DNA of 64,000 bases from Fibrobacteria bacterium (GTDB lineage: Bacteria; Fibrobacterota; Fibrobacteria; UBA11236; JADFYW01). Of this stretch, positions 9,799 to 19,454 are shown piece by piece. The notes beneath the pieces are model-generated. The model made no database searches. It saw nothing but the letters and a program-made list of their open reading frames with translations, and had not been told where the DNA came from. The position numbers were made by a program, and so were the translations under genes. The stretch covers positions 288,001 to 352,000 of the forward strand of contig JBNKOC010000012.1 of NCBI GenBank assembly GCA_050294405.1, read 5' to 3'. Numbering within the stretch: the stretch's first letter is position 1; the number at the start of each line of letters is the position of its first letter.

Positions 9799-10020
9799 AT
9801 TTTATGTTTCCTTCTTAGGCGAATTTTTAAGTTCTAAATTTTGCGAATAGGAATGCTAAGCTCTCCCCAAGACGGATAAAATGCCTTCGCCGGATGGGAT
9901 AGCCGGTAAAAAACTTCTCGTATACTCGGGAGACCTTCCGTCAAAGTTTAAAAAAAGCCTTTTTTGGGTAAATTTGAGGGTTGATTGGCTGAAATGGAGG
10001 TTAATTGTTAAAATTGCTCT

Positions 10021-10917
10021 ATGACACAAACATCGGAAATTGGTTTTAAAGCCCTGACTTATAACCAGTTTTTAAAACAAAAATTTGGTGAACCGGTTTT
10101 GAAGATTCCTGTTAGCGGGGGGTTTACCTGTCCAAATATCAATGGAACAAAAGGAGTCGGCGGTTGCACCTATTGTGACAACCGTTCCTTCAGTCCAGTT
10201 GCCAATACCGTTCCCAATGTAAAGGGCCAATTAGAGTCGGGAATGGCCAGAGCTCCAAAAAGGTTTCAAAAATTTATGGCTTATTTTCAGCCTTATTCCA
10301 ATACTTTCGGTACCGTTGAAAAGCTAAAAAAGGTGTATGAGCCCGCTCTTGAATTTGAGAATGTGGTTGGTATTGCCATTGGCACCAGGCCGGATTGCTT
10401 CACAAATGAGATATATGATTATTTAAGCGATTTAAATTCCCGAACTTATTTAAGTGTGGAGCTTGGAGTGCAAACAATCCACGAGCAAACTTTAATAAAC
10501 ATCAATCGCTGCCAGATCCACCAGGACAGCGTTAATGCTTTTGCTGAATTAAAAAAAAGAAACATAGAAAGTGTAGCGCACATGATATTGGGTTTTCCCG
10601 GAGAGACAAGGGAAATGATTATGGAATCCGCTAAAGAAATCGCCAGGCTTCCTGTCGATGGTGTTAAGATACATCAGCTTATGGTGATAAAAGGCACTGT
10701 AATGGAAAAAATGTATCACAATGGTGAAGTACCTGTATATGAGGTGGAAGAGTATGCCGATGTATTGGAAGAGTTTATCAGCTACCTAAGACCAGACCAG
10801 GTGATTCACCGCTTGATGGCAGATTGTACTTTTGAAAATGGTTTAGTGGCTCCTGTTTGGAGCGCCAACAAAGGGCCGTCATATCAGGTCATCCAAAAGC
10901 GTCTGGGGTTAAATTGA
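10021..10917 (+). CDS. Radical SAM protein, YhcC/TIGR01212 family
   Basis: GFTCPNINGTKGVGGCTYC, AYFQPYSNT, IGTRPDC, VELGVQT, GVKIHQL, VIHRL motifs. Confidence 0.9.
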   Translation: MTQTSEIGFKALTYNQFLKQKFGEPVLKIPVSGGFTCPNINGTKGVGGCTYCDNRSFSPVANTVPNVKGQLESGMARAPKRFQKFMAYFQPYSNTFGTVEKLKKVYEPALEFENVVGIAIGTRPDCFTNEIYDYLSDLNSRTYLSVELGVQTIHEQTLININRCQIHQDSVNAFAELKKRNIESVAHMILGFPGETREMIMESAKEIARLPVDGVKIHQLMVIKGTVMEKMYHNGEVPVYEVEEYADVLEEFISYLRPDQVIHRLMADCTFENGLVAPVWSANKGPSYQVIQKRLGLN

Positions 10918-11360
10918 TTTTAGGCGGCCATTTCTGTGTTGTCGCAAATCCATGAGACCTCGCAGTGCAAAAGCACAGCTTCGCCCTCCTGTCTTTTCTC
11001 CGCCTTGAACTGCCTGGCCTAAAATCAATTTAGCATTGGTAGGCAGCCATTTCTGTGTTGTCGCAAATCCATGAGACCTCGCAGTGCAAAAGCACAGCTT
11101 CGCCCTCCTGTCTTTTCTCCGCCTTGAACTGCCTGGCCTAAAATCAATTTAGCGTTGGTAGGCAGCCATTTCTGTGTTGTCGCAAATCCATGAGACCTCG
11201 CAGTGCAAAAGCACAGCTTCGCCCTCCTGTCTTTTCTCCGCCTTGAACTGCCTCGCTCAAAATCAATTTAGCATTGGTATGCGGCCATTTCTGTGTTGTC
11301 GGAAAATCCCCGACCTTTACCTACTTAAAGTACGCCATCGCCTTCCTGTATTCACTTCAT
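10910..11360. repeat. Tandem array of a 119-bp palindromic (REP/MITE-like) unit: three near-identical copies plus a degenerate fourth
   Basis: Units start at 10922, 11041, 11160 and 11279; perfect 16-bp inverted repeat 10910-10925/11017-11032; internal hairpin GTGC-AAAA-GCAC. Confidence 0.92.
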
Positions 11361-11418
11361 CTTCATAGATAGATAAACTGGGCGTTTGCATGCAAATATT
11401 GGCGACTTTCGTCTGAAA

Positions 11419-11433
11419 ATGTCAAAATGACAT
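11419..11433. promoter_or_regulatory. Palindromic operator ATGTCA-AAA-TGACAT
   Basis: Perfect member of the recurring TGTCA-N3-TGACA motif, ~135 bp upstream of the CDS at 11567. Confidence 0.7.
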
Positions 11434-11566
11434 GGAAAATGGATGTAAAAACTTCAAATATTTCACATTTTTAAGAAAATAGGGGAAATGTCATTAATTG
11501 ATATTTAATTTGCATGTTTTGGCATTTAAATCTTGTTTCTCTTAAAAATTTCAAAAAGGAGTATTT

Positions 11567-12769
11567 ATGTCTGGATTTAAAATTACCCTGATGGCTGCCA
11601 TTTTGGGTTCTGGATTGGTTTTTTCGGAAACGGCAGGAGTCAATGTCAGTGGGCAAATTCGGGAACGTTCCATGATTCAAAAAAACACAGATGAAAATTC
11701 AGACAGCTATATTAGCCACCAGTTGAGATCGAGGGCTGCGATTTCTGCAAATCCTGCTGAAAAATTGGATCTCAGATTGGAAATCCAGGACAGCCGTACC
11801 ATGGGAACCGAACTTCCTGCAGGAGCTACAGCCCCCCATACTACAACCATTGGAAATTCCATGAATCTGGATTTACATCAGGCCTATGCAAACGTTGCAC
11901 TGGGACCTGTTTCCATAAAATTGGGTAGACAAAAACTCGCCTTAGGAAGTCAGCGTTTTATAAGCTCCCTGGAATGGCACCCCAATGCCAGGGTTTTTGA
12001 TGGCGCCAGTTCCGTATATAAAATGGGCGAAGCCGCTAGTCTAACAGCCTTAGCCCTATTGGTTAACGAAGCCAGTCCCACTGCTGCTGAAGGAAGCCAA
12101 AGCTTATATGGCTTACATTACGCCAGAAAGCTTTTGGATGTATTGAGGCTTGAAGTTTACGGGTTTTACGAATACTCCGATAATATGGCCGATGCCGGAT
12201 TTTCCAGCCTGGCAAACCTGGGGGCGCGCATACATGGTAAAGCCGGGGTGTTTCTGTACGAAGAAGAATTCCAGTATCAATTGGGAGAAGTGGGCAGTAC
12301 AGACAAATCTGCATTCTTTAACGCCACACGTTTGGGAGCTCAGTTCACTAACCAATTCAAGGCAAGTTTTGGTTTTGATATGATGAGCGGCTCCGATGAT
12401 GGAAGCATGGAAAACACTTACCTGGCCAAATACTTTTTTGCCCATGCTTATTTTGGTTGGATGGATTACTTTTTGGCGAATCCCGCCACTGGTTTAATGG
12501 ATTTTAGGGTAGATCTGGATTTGGCTCTTGGAGAAAAATTGGCTGTTAAATCTCAAAACCATTATTTTCTGCAGGCAGCCCCAATAGATCCTAACGACAA
12601 CGCCTATGGCTGGGAGATGGATTTAGAACTCCACGCTAAAATACTTCCCAAAGCGAACATCGTACTGGGAGCTGGATTGTTCATCCCGGAAGAAGGTATT
12701 CAAACCGTCGGTATGGCGGACGATGAAGCCTCTTTTCAGTTCTATTTTATGCCTATTTTTAATTTTTAG
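11567..12769 (+). CDS. Alginate export (AlgE-like) family outer-membrane beta-barrel
   Basis: Signal peptide; SGQIRER, IQDSR, LDLHQAY, KLGRQ, RFISSLEW...RVFDG motifs; C-terminal Phe. Confidence 0.8.
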   Translation: MSGFKITLMAAILGSGLVFSETAGVNVSGQIRERSMIQKNTDENSDSYISHQLRSRAAISANPAEKLDLRLEIQDSRTMGTELPAGATAPHTTTIGNSMNLDLHQAYANVALGPVSIKLGRQKLALGSQRFISSLEWHPNARVFDGASSVYKMGEAASLTALALLVNEASPTAAEGSQSLYGLHYARKLLDVLRLEVYGFYEYSDNMADAGFSSLANLGARIHGKAGVFLYEEEFQYQLGEVGSTDKSAFFNATRLGAQFTNQFKASFGFDMMSGSDDGSMENTYLAKYFFAHAYFGWMDYFLANPATGLMDFRVDLDLALGEKLAVKSQNHYFLQAAPIDPNDNAYGWEMDLELHAKILPKANIVLGAGLFIPEEGIQTVGMADDEASFQFYFMPIFNF

Positions 12770-12793
12770 GAGTTACTCATCAAATACGGCTCT

Positions 12794-12820
12794 AGCCGCT
12801 CAAATTGAGCGGCTTTTTTT
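12794..12820 (+). terminator. Intrinsic terminator
   Basis: AGCCGCTCAA-A-TTGAGCGGCT hairpin followed by a T run. Confidence 0.9.
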
Positions 12821-12933
12821 GTGGGACAAAATGGCGAAAGAAATCCACGGGCTTCAAATTGAAATTTTTATAAAATAGGGGTAGATTTATACTAAGTCTC
12901 AATTTATGAAATAAAAAATTTCAAGTAGGTTTC

Positions 12934-13158
12934 ATGGAAAAAAATTTGGTTCAGTTAAACAAAGGCGAGTGGGCCATAATTGATTCTTTGAGAGGGGATG
13001 ATTTGTTAACCTTGCGCCTTAAAGAATCGGGATTTACGCCGGGCTCAAAAATTACCATGGTTCGCAAAACTCCTTTTGGAGATCCCATCCTATACGAAAT
13101 AAGAGGAACTCAAATTGCTCTGCGCAAAAAGGAAGCCGAATGCATTACTCTGAAGTAG
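12934..13158 (+). CDS. feoA: Ferrous iron transport protein A
   Basis: RLKESGFTPGS...PFGDPI...RGTQIALRK; directly upstream of feoB. Confidence 0.93.
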   Translation: MEKNLVQLNKGEWAIIDSLRGDDLLTLRLKESGFTPGSKITMVRKTPFGDPILYEIRGTQIALRKKEAECITLK

Positions 13159-15110
13159 AAGCCAAATTAGACAAGCAAAAAGAGTTAAGCGCCATCGCTC
13201 TTAAAAATGCAGTGGCAAGTTATGCTTTGGTGGGCCCTCCCAATAGTGGAAAAACCACTTTGTTCAATTTACTAACGGGAATGCAATATACCACCGCCAA
13301 TTATCCAGGGGCTACGGTAGAGTTTTGCACAGGCCCCTTGAAAGGTTTTGAAAATGTACAAGTGATAGACACACCAGGTGTAGGCAGCCTTTTGGCCTTT
13401 TCTCCTGAAGAAAAAGTGACAGTGGATTGTTTGCAGCAATTTAACCCGCAAAAGGTGATGGTAGTGGTGGATGCCAACCAATTGTCCCGGCACCTATATA
13501 TTGCCCATCAATTGCAGTTTATGGGTTACGATGTGCTTCTGGTGGTCACCATGCTGGATGTTGCCCGTAAAAAAGGAAAAGAACTGGATTTGGACAAGCT
13601 GTCCCAGTTTATGGAATGTGATGTTGTTGGCCTGGATCCCCGGCAAAAAGGGAACCGTCAACAGGTTCTGGAAAAGCTCAAACAAAAAAAAGAAGTAGCC
13701 TCTATTCACTCCAAAAGCCTGGAAGAACTCAGGCAAAATTACACCCACGATAGCATTCAAAAAATATACGAAGGCCTGGACGACATTGAAAAGCTGGTGA
13801 TTCGAAAGCAAGCCGAGCCCGAACTGGGAAGCTTTGTACTGGATAACATTTTCCTTCATCCGATAATGGGCATCGTTTCTTTTGCTTTGATAATGACTTT
13901 TATTTTCGCCTCCATATTTTGGTTTGCCCAGCCCTTTATGGACGGAATTGATGGCTTTTTTGGATGGGCCATCGAAGCCTCTAAAACAGTTTTGCCTTCC
14001 AACTGGTTTGGGGACTTTGTTAGTGATGGCTTAATTGCAGGCGTGGGAGCCGTGGCTGTGTTTTTGCCTCAGATTGTGATTTTGTTTTTGTTTATGGGCA
14101 TCTTGGAAGATTCGGGTTATTTAGCCAGGGGAGCTGCTATTATCGACAGGCCCTTATCTAAAATGGGTCTCAATGGAAAATCCTTTGTGCCCCTTTTGTC
14201 TGGCTATGCCTGCGCCATTCCGGCTATGATGGCCGCCCGCACTATTCGAAATCCCCTGGAAAGAAAATTAACATTGCTGGTGATTCCCTTAATGAGTTGC
14301 TCAGCCCGCCTTCCCGTTTATGTATTGCTAATTGGTTTTTTGATGCCTGCCGGGTCTGCTTTAATGGCGGGAGCCGCTTTGGCAGCCCTTTATTTTGGGG
14401 GTTTTTTAATGGGCGCTATTGTATCCACAATTTTAAGCCGTTTGGTGAAGCCCGATGTTAGTAGCAGTTTTATGCAGGAAATTCCACCCATTCGAAGGCC
14501 GGTGTTTAAAATTGTAGCGAAAACAACATACAACCGCGCCAAGGAATATGTAAAAAAAGCCGGACCCACTATTTTGTTAATATCAGCTCTGCTTTGGGTT
14601 TTCACCCATACTCCTGCCATAGGATTTGGGCAATCCCAAACATCAGCTCCCAAAGAAGAAAGCAGCGAATATGTTGCTATTAGCCAATCTTTGGCAGCCC
14701 AAATCGGCCAATGGATTGAGCCTGTGACCAAACCCCTTGGCCTGGATTGGCGTGGGGGAGTGGCTTTAATGAGCGGTTTTGCAGCTCGTGAGGTGTTTGT
14801 TTCCAGCATGGCCTTAATATATCGCCTGGATGATATGGAAGAAGAAGAGGGGGTTAATGAGCGCCTCATCAAGAAAATGAGAAGCATTACCTTTATCGGT
14901 ACGGACGAAAAAATATTTACCGTGTCCACGGTTCTGGGCATGATATTGTTTTATATGATTGCCTTGCAGTGCTTTCCTACGGTGGCGGTGGCCAAAAAGG
15001 AGTTTGGCTCTAAAAAGCTGGCCTTTTTACAATTGGCCGTATTTACCGGTGGCGCATACATACTCAGTATTTTTCTGGTACAGGGCCTGCGCCTAATGGG
15101 CATCGCCTGA
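13140..15110 (+). CDS. feoB: Ferrous iron transport protein B
   Basis: G1 GPPNSGKT, NYPGATVE, DTPG; LEDSGY, GYACAIPA, PLMSCSARLPVY, FAAREVFVS. Confidence 0.95.
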   Translation: MHYSEVEAKLDKQKELSAIALKNAVASYALVGPPNSGKTTLFNLLTGMQYTTANYPGATVEFCTGPLKGFENVQVIDTPGVGSLLAFSPEEKVTVDCLQQFNPQKVMVVVDANQLSRHLYIAHQLQFMGYDVLLVVTMLDVARKKGKELDLDKLSQFMECDVVGLDPRQKGNRQQVLEKLKQKKEVASIHSKSLEELRQNYTHDSIQKIYEGLDDIEKLVIRKQAEPELGSFVLDNIFLHPIMGIVSFALIMTFIFASIFWFAQPFMDGIDGFFGWAIEASKTVLPSNWFGDFVSDGLIAGVGAVAVFLPQIVILFLFMGILEDSGYLARGAAIIDRPLSKMGLNGKSFVPLLSGYACAIPAMMAARTIRNPLERKLTLLVIPLMSCSARLPVYVLLIGFLMPAGSALMAGAALAALYFGGFLMGAIVSTILSRLVKPDVSSSFMQEIPPIRRPVFKIVAKTTYNRAKEYVKKAGPTILLISALLWVFTHTPAIGFGQSQTSAPKEESSEYVAISQSLAAQIGQWIEPVTKPLGLDWRGGVALMSGFAAREVFVSSMALIYRLDDMEEEEGVNERLIKKMRSITFIGTDEKIFTVSTVLGMILFYMIALQCFPTVAVAKKEFGSKKLAFLQLAVFTGGAYILSIFLVQGLRLMGIA

Positions 15111-15878
15111 TTAATAAACCTGGCACTCTGTTACGGGAGGTTGGGTATCAAGCCAGCTTTTTCCGTTGAACCAATAGAAGCCCACGGTTTTTGAATGATA
15201 CATATCCGGTCGGGCGAACACTTTAAAATCCTTTACATCCTGTTTCAGCGAATGGACAGCGCCCCAATAGTTTTCTTTTGAGATCTGCAGTTTTTCGTTT
15301 TCCAATCTGCCTCCGCGCCCGGCTGGCACAAACTGATATAAGTGCCAGGCATGTATGTTGTGATATTGGCTTTGGTATTGGACTAAAAAATCTTTTAAAC
15401 CCTGCAAATAATTTAAATTCACTTTGGTTAATACAGTGGAGATGCTTACTTCTTTTCGCGATTCAGCCAGGTTTTTTAAAGCTTGCTTTATGATGCTGCA
15501 ATGCCGCTTTTTATATTGGCGAAGGGCGTTGTGAATCCCGTCTTCCACGGACTCCAGTGGCAACACATATCGCTTAACCGATTCTTCGAATTGAAAACCC
15601 TTGGGCAGCTCAATGCCATTAGTGCCGATTTGTATGTGGAACCCCATGTTAGTTGCCACTTGGGAAAGTTTTAATACATTGTGGGGCCAATAAAAGGGCT
15701 CTCCCCCTCCTAAAACAAGATTTTGAATATTTTTTGATTTGAGTTGTTCCAGCAAATCAAGGGCGTCTTCCCAACTGGCTTTGTGAAGGGAATTTTCTGT
15801 AATGCAAAAAGAACAATGCATATTGCATTGGGGTTGTAACATCACTACAGCAAATTGAGCAAGGCCAGAATTTTTCAC
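15111..15878 (-). CDS. Short radical SAM protein of unknown function (no SPASM domain)
   Basis: CNMHCSFC, LGGGEPF, TNG, and a QFVPAGRG segment; 21 bp downstream of the nnrS-like gene. Confidence 0.8.
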   Translation of the reverse strand: MKNSGLAQFAVVMLQPQCNMHCSFCITENSLHKASWEDALDLLEQLKSKNIQNLVLGGGEPFYWPHNVLKLSQVATNMGFHIQIGTNGIELPKGFQFEESVKRYVLPLESVEDGIHNALRQYKKRHCSIIKQALKNLAESRKEVSISTVLTKVNLNYLQGLKDFLVQYQSQYHNIHAWHLYQFVPAGRGGRLENEKLQISKENYWGAVHSLKQDVKDFKVFARPDMYHSKTVGFYWFNGKSWLDTQPPVTECQVY

Positions 15879-15899
15879 ACAGCGCCCCTTTTTTAAAGG

Positions 15900-17087
15900 T
15901 TACTGCATATGGGAGGGAATTTCCACTGTTTTCGGCAGGTATATTTTGGCCCAGATTCCAATGGAAATTAAAACGCAAAGGGCGGAAACGCCCAAGTGCA
16001 TCTCATAACTTTTCACAAAAAAACAGGATACTCTGGTGCTCATACCCAGCATAAAGAAAAAGCCAAAAGAAAATATGGCCCTGGGGTATTTTTTAATGAG
16101 GCCGCTGTCATTGGCGTGGCCCGATAAAATTTTAGCCCCTATGCTAAATGTGATTAGAAAAATTCCCGATATGTATAGGATGTGATCCCAGCTTATGTAT
16201 TCCACGGGATAAATGAAAATGGCCAATTGGCTTAGAGGGATACACCACAGGGCAGTCCAGCCCCATTTTAAAATTTGCGGTAATTGGGCTGGCCATCGAA
16301 AAGCCATAAATAATTCTGAATACAGATAAAAAATTAGGGCTAATCGAAGGGACGCAGCCAACCGGTAAGAAAGGGCCAAGGGGGAAATAAAGGATTCTAT
16401 GAGATAGCTGGTACAAAACAAAATTCCCAATGCCACAAATTTAAAACCGGAACTTTTTTTACGGGATTTTAGCTTTTCCAAATACAGGGCCACATAGTCA
16501 GGGGAAAGAAACATTTTGGGAATTAAAAAAGAGCCCACACTTAAAAAAATAAGGAAGATAAAACCCTGATTTTGAAAACGGCTGGCAAATCGTTCCAGAG
16601 CCGAGGGGACAGAAATATGTAGTTCATATAAAATTCGAATTAAGCTGGTAGCGATATTACAGAAAAAAGCCAGGTGGAGCATATAAAACTCTTTGGGAAA
16701 GGAAACGGCGACTTCGGCTTTGCGGGCGTAAAAAAAATAGCACAGAAGTAAAAGGCAAACACCATAGCTGATTTCAAGAATAAGGGGTAAAACCCATAAA
16801 GAGGCGATAAAATTGAGAGTAAAACAAAGGGTGAATAGAAAAAATTCCCATTTTTTAAGAGGGCTCAAATGGAGCAGTTTGGGAAGAAGCGTAAGTAGAA
16901 TTCCAAACACAAATAGGGGCATAATGGTGCGCATTTGAAGACTCACGTGGGGGTAATAGGGGTAGCCCCATTGGGGAAATAGCCAGTAAACGGTCCATAC
17001 TCCCAGACCAAACAGGCTAAAGCCAAGGGCAAGGGGAACCCAAACCCGGTATGGTTCCTTTAAAATAGCTGTCATTTTCTTTTTCAT
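15900..17087 (-). CDS. nnrS: NnrS-family polytopic membrane protein
   Basis: About 12 TM segments; N-terminal EPYRVW (cf. PFRPFF), H in YPHVSL, GILLTLLP, WDHILY, ILSGHA. Confidence 0.65.
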   Translation of the reverse strand: MKKKMTAILKEPYRVWVPLALGFSLFGLGVWTVYWLFPQWGYPYYPHVSLQMRTIMPLFVFGILLTLLPKLLHLSPLKKWEFFLFTLCFTLNFIASLWVLPLILEISYGVCLLLLCYFFYARKAEVAVSFPKEFYMLHLAFFCNIATSLIRILYELHISVPSALERFASRFQNQGFIFLIFLSVGSFLIPKMFLSPDYVALYLEKLKSRKKSSGFKFVALGILFCTSYLIESFISPLALSYRLAASLRLALIFYLYSELFMAFRWPAQLPQILKWGWTALWCIPLSQLAIFIYPVEYISWDHILYISGIFLITFSIGAKILSGHANDSGLIKKYPRAIFSFGFFFMLGMSTRVSCFFVKSYEMHLGVSALCVLISIGIWAKIYLPKTVEIPSHMQ

Positions 17088-17168
17088 GGAATTTCTATTT
17101 TGCAAAAATAACAAGGGAAAGGTAGATTGAATTCAGGTTTTTTTAAGGTTTTTGAAAATAATGTTGCT

Positions 17169-17200
17169 TGTCAATATGGCAGAATAATGTCTATCTGACA
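17169..17200. promoter_or_regulatory. Tandem pair of TGTCA-N3-TGACA-type sites in the divergent nnrS/hemN region
   Basis: TGTCA-ATA-TGGCA (17169-17181) and TGTCT-ATC-TGACA (17188-17200), one mismatch each. Confidence 0.6.
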
Positions 17201-17252
17201 AAGAGATTCTCCCCGAAAAATGTTTTAAATTATATAGAGAAGGAAGTTATTC

Positions 17253-18626
17253 ATGCAAATAGACGCCGGATTTATTGAAAAGTACGACAAAGCGGGGCCC
17301 AGGTACACTTCCTACCCGCCTGCGCCTCATTTTAGTCCGGATTTTGACCCGCATACATGGGAGGAATTGGTTAAAGATTCCAATCGTCTCCAGGATCAAA
17401 TTTCTTTTTATTTTCATATTCCCTTTTGCCCGCATCGATGTTTGTATTGCGGTTGCACCGTGGATATTGCTGCGCCGAGCCCGGTAGTTAAAGAATATCA
17501 GGCGGCCATTTTAAGAGAAATGGACTTGGTGATGCCCTGGTTGGATAAAAGTCGAAAGGTTAGTCAAATACATTTTGGGGGAGGAACTCCCAATGCGGTT
17601 CCAGGAAAATACCTGGCTGCTATTCTTGATAAAATCAGAGAAAATCTGGAATTCATAGACAAGCCCGAAGTGGCTATCGAGTGCGATCCCAATTTGCTGA
17701 CTTTAAAAAGGCTGGACGAATACCGGGCCATGGGTTTTACCCGTGTGTCTTTTGGGTTGCAGGATTTTAAACAGGATGTTTTGGATAATGTGGAAAGGCG
17801 TTTTCCCAAAGTCCCTCCCATTGAACTTATTTCTCACGCCCGGAAAATCGGTTTTGAGGGCATTAATCTGGATTTGATTTATGGACTTCCAGGGCAATCT
17901 GTGGAATCCTATAAAGATACTTTGGCTAAAACCATAGAAGCCAATCCAGATAGAATAGCCATATTTTCTTATGCCCATGTGCCCTGGATAAAACCCCATC
18001 AAAAACCCCTTGAAGAAAAAGGCCTTCCCAAGGCTTCGGTAAAAAATGAAATTGCGGTGCTCTGCCACAATGTGTTATCTGATGCGGGCTATGTGGCCAT
18101 TGGAATGGATCATTATGCCAAACCCGAAGACAGCCTTTCTGTGGCTTTGAAGGAAAAAAAATTACATCGAAATTTTCAGGGCTACTGCACCCGCCATACC
18201 ACAGGCCAGGTTTACGGCTTTGGGGCTTCCAGTATTTCCCAATTACATCATGGCTACGGGCAAAATGTTAAAGATACCCAGCCTTATATTGACCTTGTTA
18301 AGGAAGGAAAGTTACCGCTGGAAAAGATATATGTGATGAGCGAAGAGAACATATACTTTAGAGAGGTGATTAATTCTTTAATGTGCCGCGGGGAGCTTAT
18401 TCCAAAAGAACTGGCCGATAAAACCGGAAAAAAAGAAGCGGAAGTTTTGGCAGGGTTAAAAGAGGGAATGGGCCAGATTCAGGATTACATAGATGATGGC
18501 CTAGTGGAAAAATCAGGAGAAGACTTAAAAGTAACCGAAAAAGGTTGGTTGGTGGTCCGTTGCATAGCCATGTTATTTGATCCTTTGTTAAAGGAAAATG
18601 TGGCTCAATACAGCCGGACAGTTTGA
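17253..18626 (+). CDS. hemN: Oxygen-independent coproporphyrinogen III oxidase
   Basis: GPRYTSYP, HIPFCPHRCLYCGC, HFGGGTP, IGMDHYA, LHRNFQGYCT, C-terminal YSRTV. Confidence 0.96.
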   Translation: MQIDAGFIEKYDKAGPRYTSYPPAPHFSPDFDPHTWEELVKDSNRLQDQISFYFHIPFCPHRCLYCGCTVDIAAPSPVVKEYQAAILREMDLVMPWLDKSRKVSQIHFGGGTPNAVPGKYLAAILDKIRENLEFIDKPEVAIECDPNLLTLKRLDEYRAMGFTRVSFGLQDFKQDVLDNVERRFPKVPPIELISHARKIGFEGINLDLIYGLPGQSVESYKDTLAKTIEANPDRIAIFSYAHVPWIKPHQKPLEEKGLPKASVKNEIAVLCHNVLSDAGYVAIGMDHYAKPEDSLSVALKEKKLHRNFQGYCTRHTTGQVYGFGASSISQLHHGYGQNVKDTQPYIDLVKEGKLPLEKIYVMSEENIYFREVINSLMCRGELIPKELADKTGKKEAEVLAGLKEGMGQIQDYIDDGLVEKSGEDLKVTEKGWLVVRCIAMLFDPLLKENVAQYSRTV

Positions 18627-18676
18627 TATGGCATTTTATTTGCATTGATTTTTATTACCCGAGCAAAGGAGGCGGT

Positions 18677-18874
18677 ATGGAATGGGAATTTTCTGCAAAA
18701 GAAGAAGATGCTGAAGATTATATCGAGCACATGCATTTTGAGGATATAACTTTGCCTGAACGGGATAGCCCGGAGACTCGCTTTGATGAAGAGGAAAAAC
18801 TCAGTATCGAACAAACTGATGAGCCTGAATTAATTGAAGATGTTTCCCTGGTCGAGGAAGAGGAAGAGGAATAA
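18677..18874 (+). CDS. Small, highly acidic hypothetical protein (65 aa)
   Basis: AAGGAGG RBS before ATG 18677; 29 of 65 residues are D/E. Confidence 0.6.
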   Translation: MEWEFSAKEEDAEDYIEHMHFEDITLPERDSPETRFDEEEKLSIEQTDEPELIEDVSLVEEEEEE

Positions 18875-18921
18875 GTAGTTCAACAATTGGAAATGAATTT
18901 AATTAATGGTACATTATAAGT

Positions 18922-19326
18922 ATGGCAAAAAAGCTTAAATTGCTGGTTTTTGTTACAATGGCTGCGGCTTTAATAGCCCCAGGTATTTTAGCAGCCGTGG
19001 AACCCTGTTTTTGCCATTCCTCAAGCCCTTTATTTTCGGGTTCTGAAAAACAAGTGCCTCCATGCCATGCTCAGAAAAACCGGGGGGCAAAGGGCGTTGT
19101 AAACACTCAGCATAAAAGTTGCGGCTGCCATATGGAAGCCCCGGATTACACCGGAGATATGGACATTCAGTTCCAGGACGCTTCACTTTCTTTAAAAACA
19201 ACCCTTTTACCTCTGGGAAAAAACTACTTCCCAGGGGAAAATTCAAATGTGAGCTTCGCAGCTCAAAGCTATTCCCTGGCCGAAAGCCCGCCCAAGTATC
19301 TGGCTACTCTTCGCCTCAGGCTCTAA
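18922..19326 (+). CDS. Small exported Cys/His protein upstream of the metal-efflux operon
   Basis: Signal peptide; CFCH, PPCH, CGCHM; C-terminal SPPKYL. Confidence 0.7.
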   Translation: MAKKLKLLVFVTMAAALIAPGILAAVEPCFCHSSSPLFSGSEKQVPPCHAQKNRGAKGVVNTQHKSCGCHMEAPDYTGDMDIQFQDASLSLKTTLLPLGKNYFPGENSNVSFAAQSYSLAESPPKYLATLRLRL

Positions 19327-19454
19327 CATTTTCCTTTTATTTTTCTAAGGGAATTCATACTTCCCGGTAACTAACATGGTTGGGTTTAACTAAAACCCGC
19401 TGTCCATGTACCAATCCGCAGGTTTTCTTAATCCAGGAAATAAAGGTTGATATT

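Noticed and set aside
10922..11360. CRISPR array
   Set aside because: The 119-bp units are near-identical over their full length, with no unique spacers and no cas genes
11174..11368. 64-aa ORF
   Set aside because: Lies inside the repeat; the same frame has a stop in the other copies
12876..12903. Fur-like box upstream of feoA (..ACTAAGTCTCAAT)
   Set aside because: Only one arm matches a Fur-type palindrome; plausible from context but not supportable
15111..15878. Prokaryotic viperin defence gene
   Set aside because: Lacks the N-terminal NYH/NFH-type motif before CxxxCxxC, and the context is not defensive
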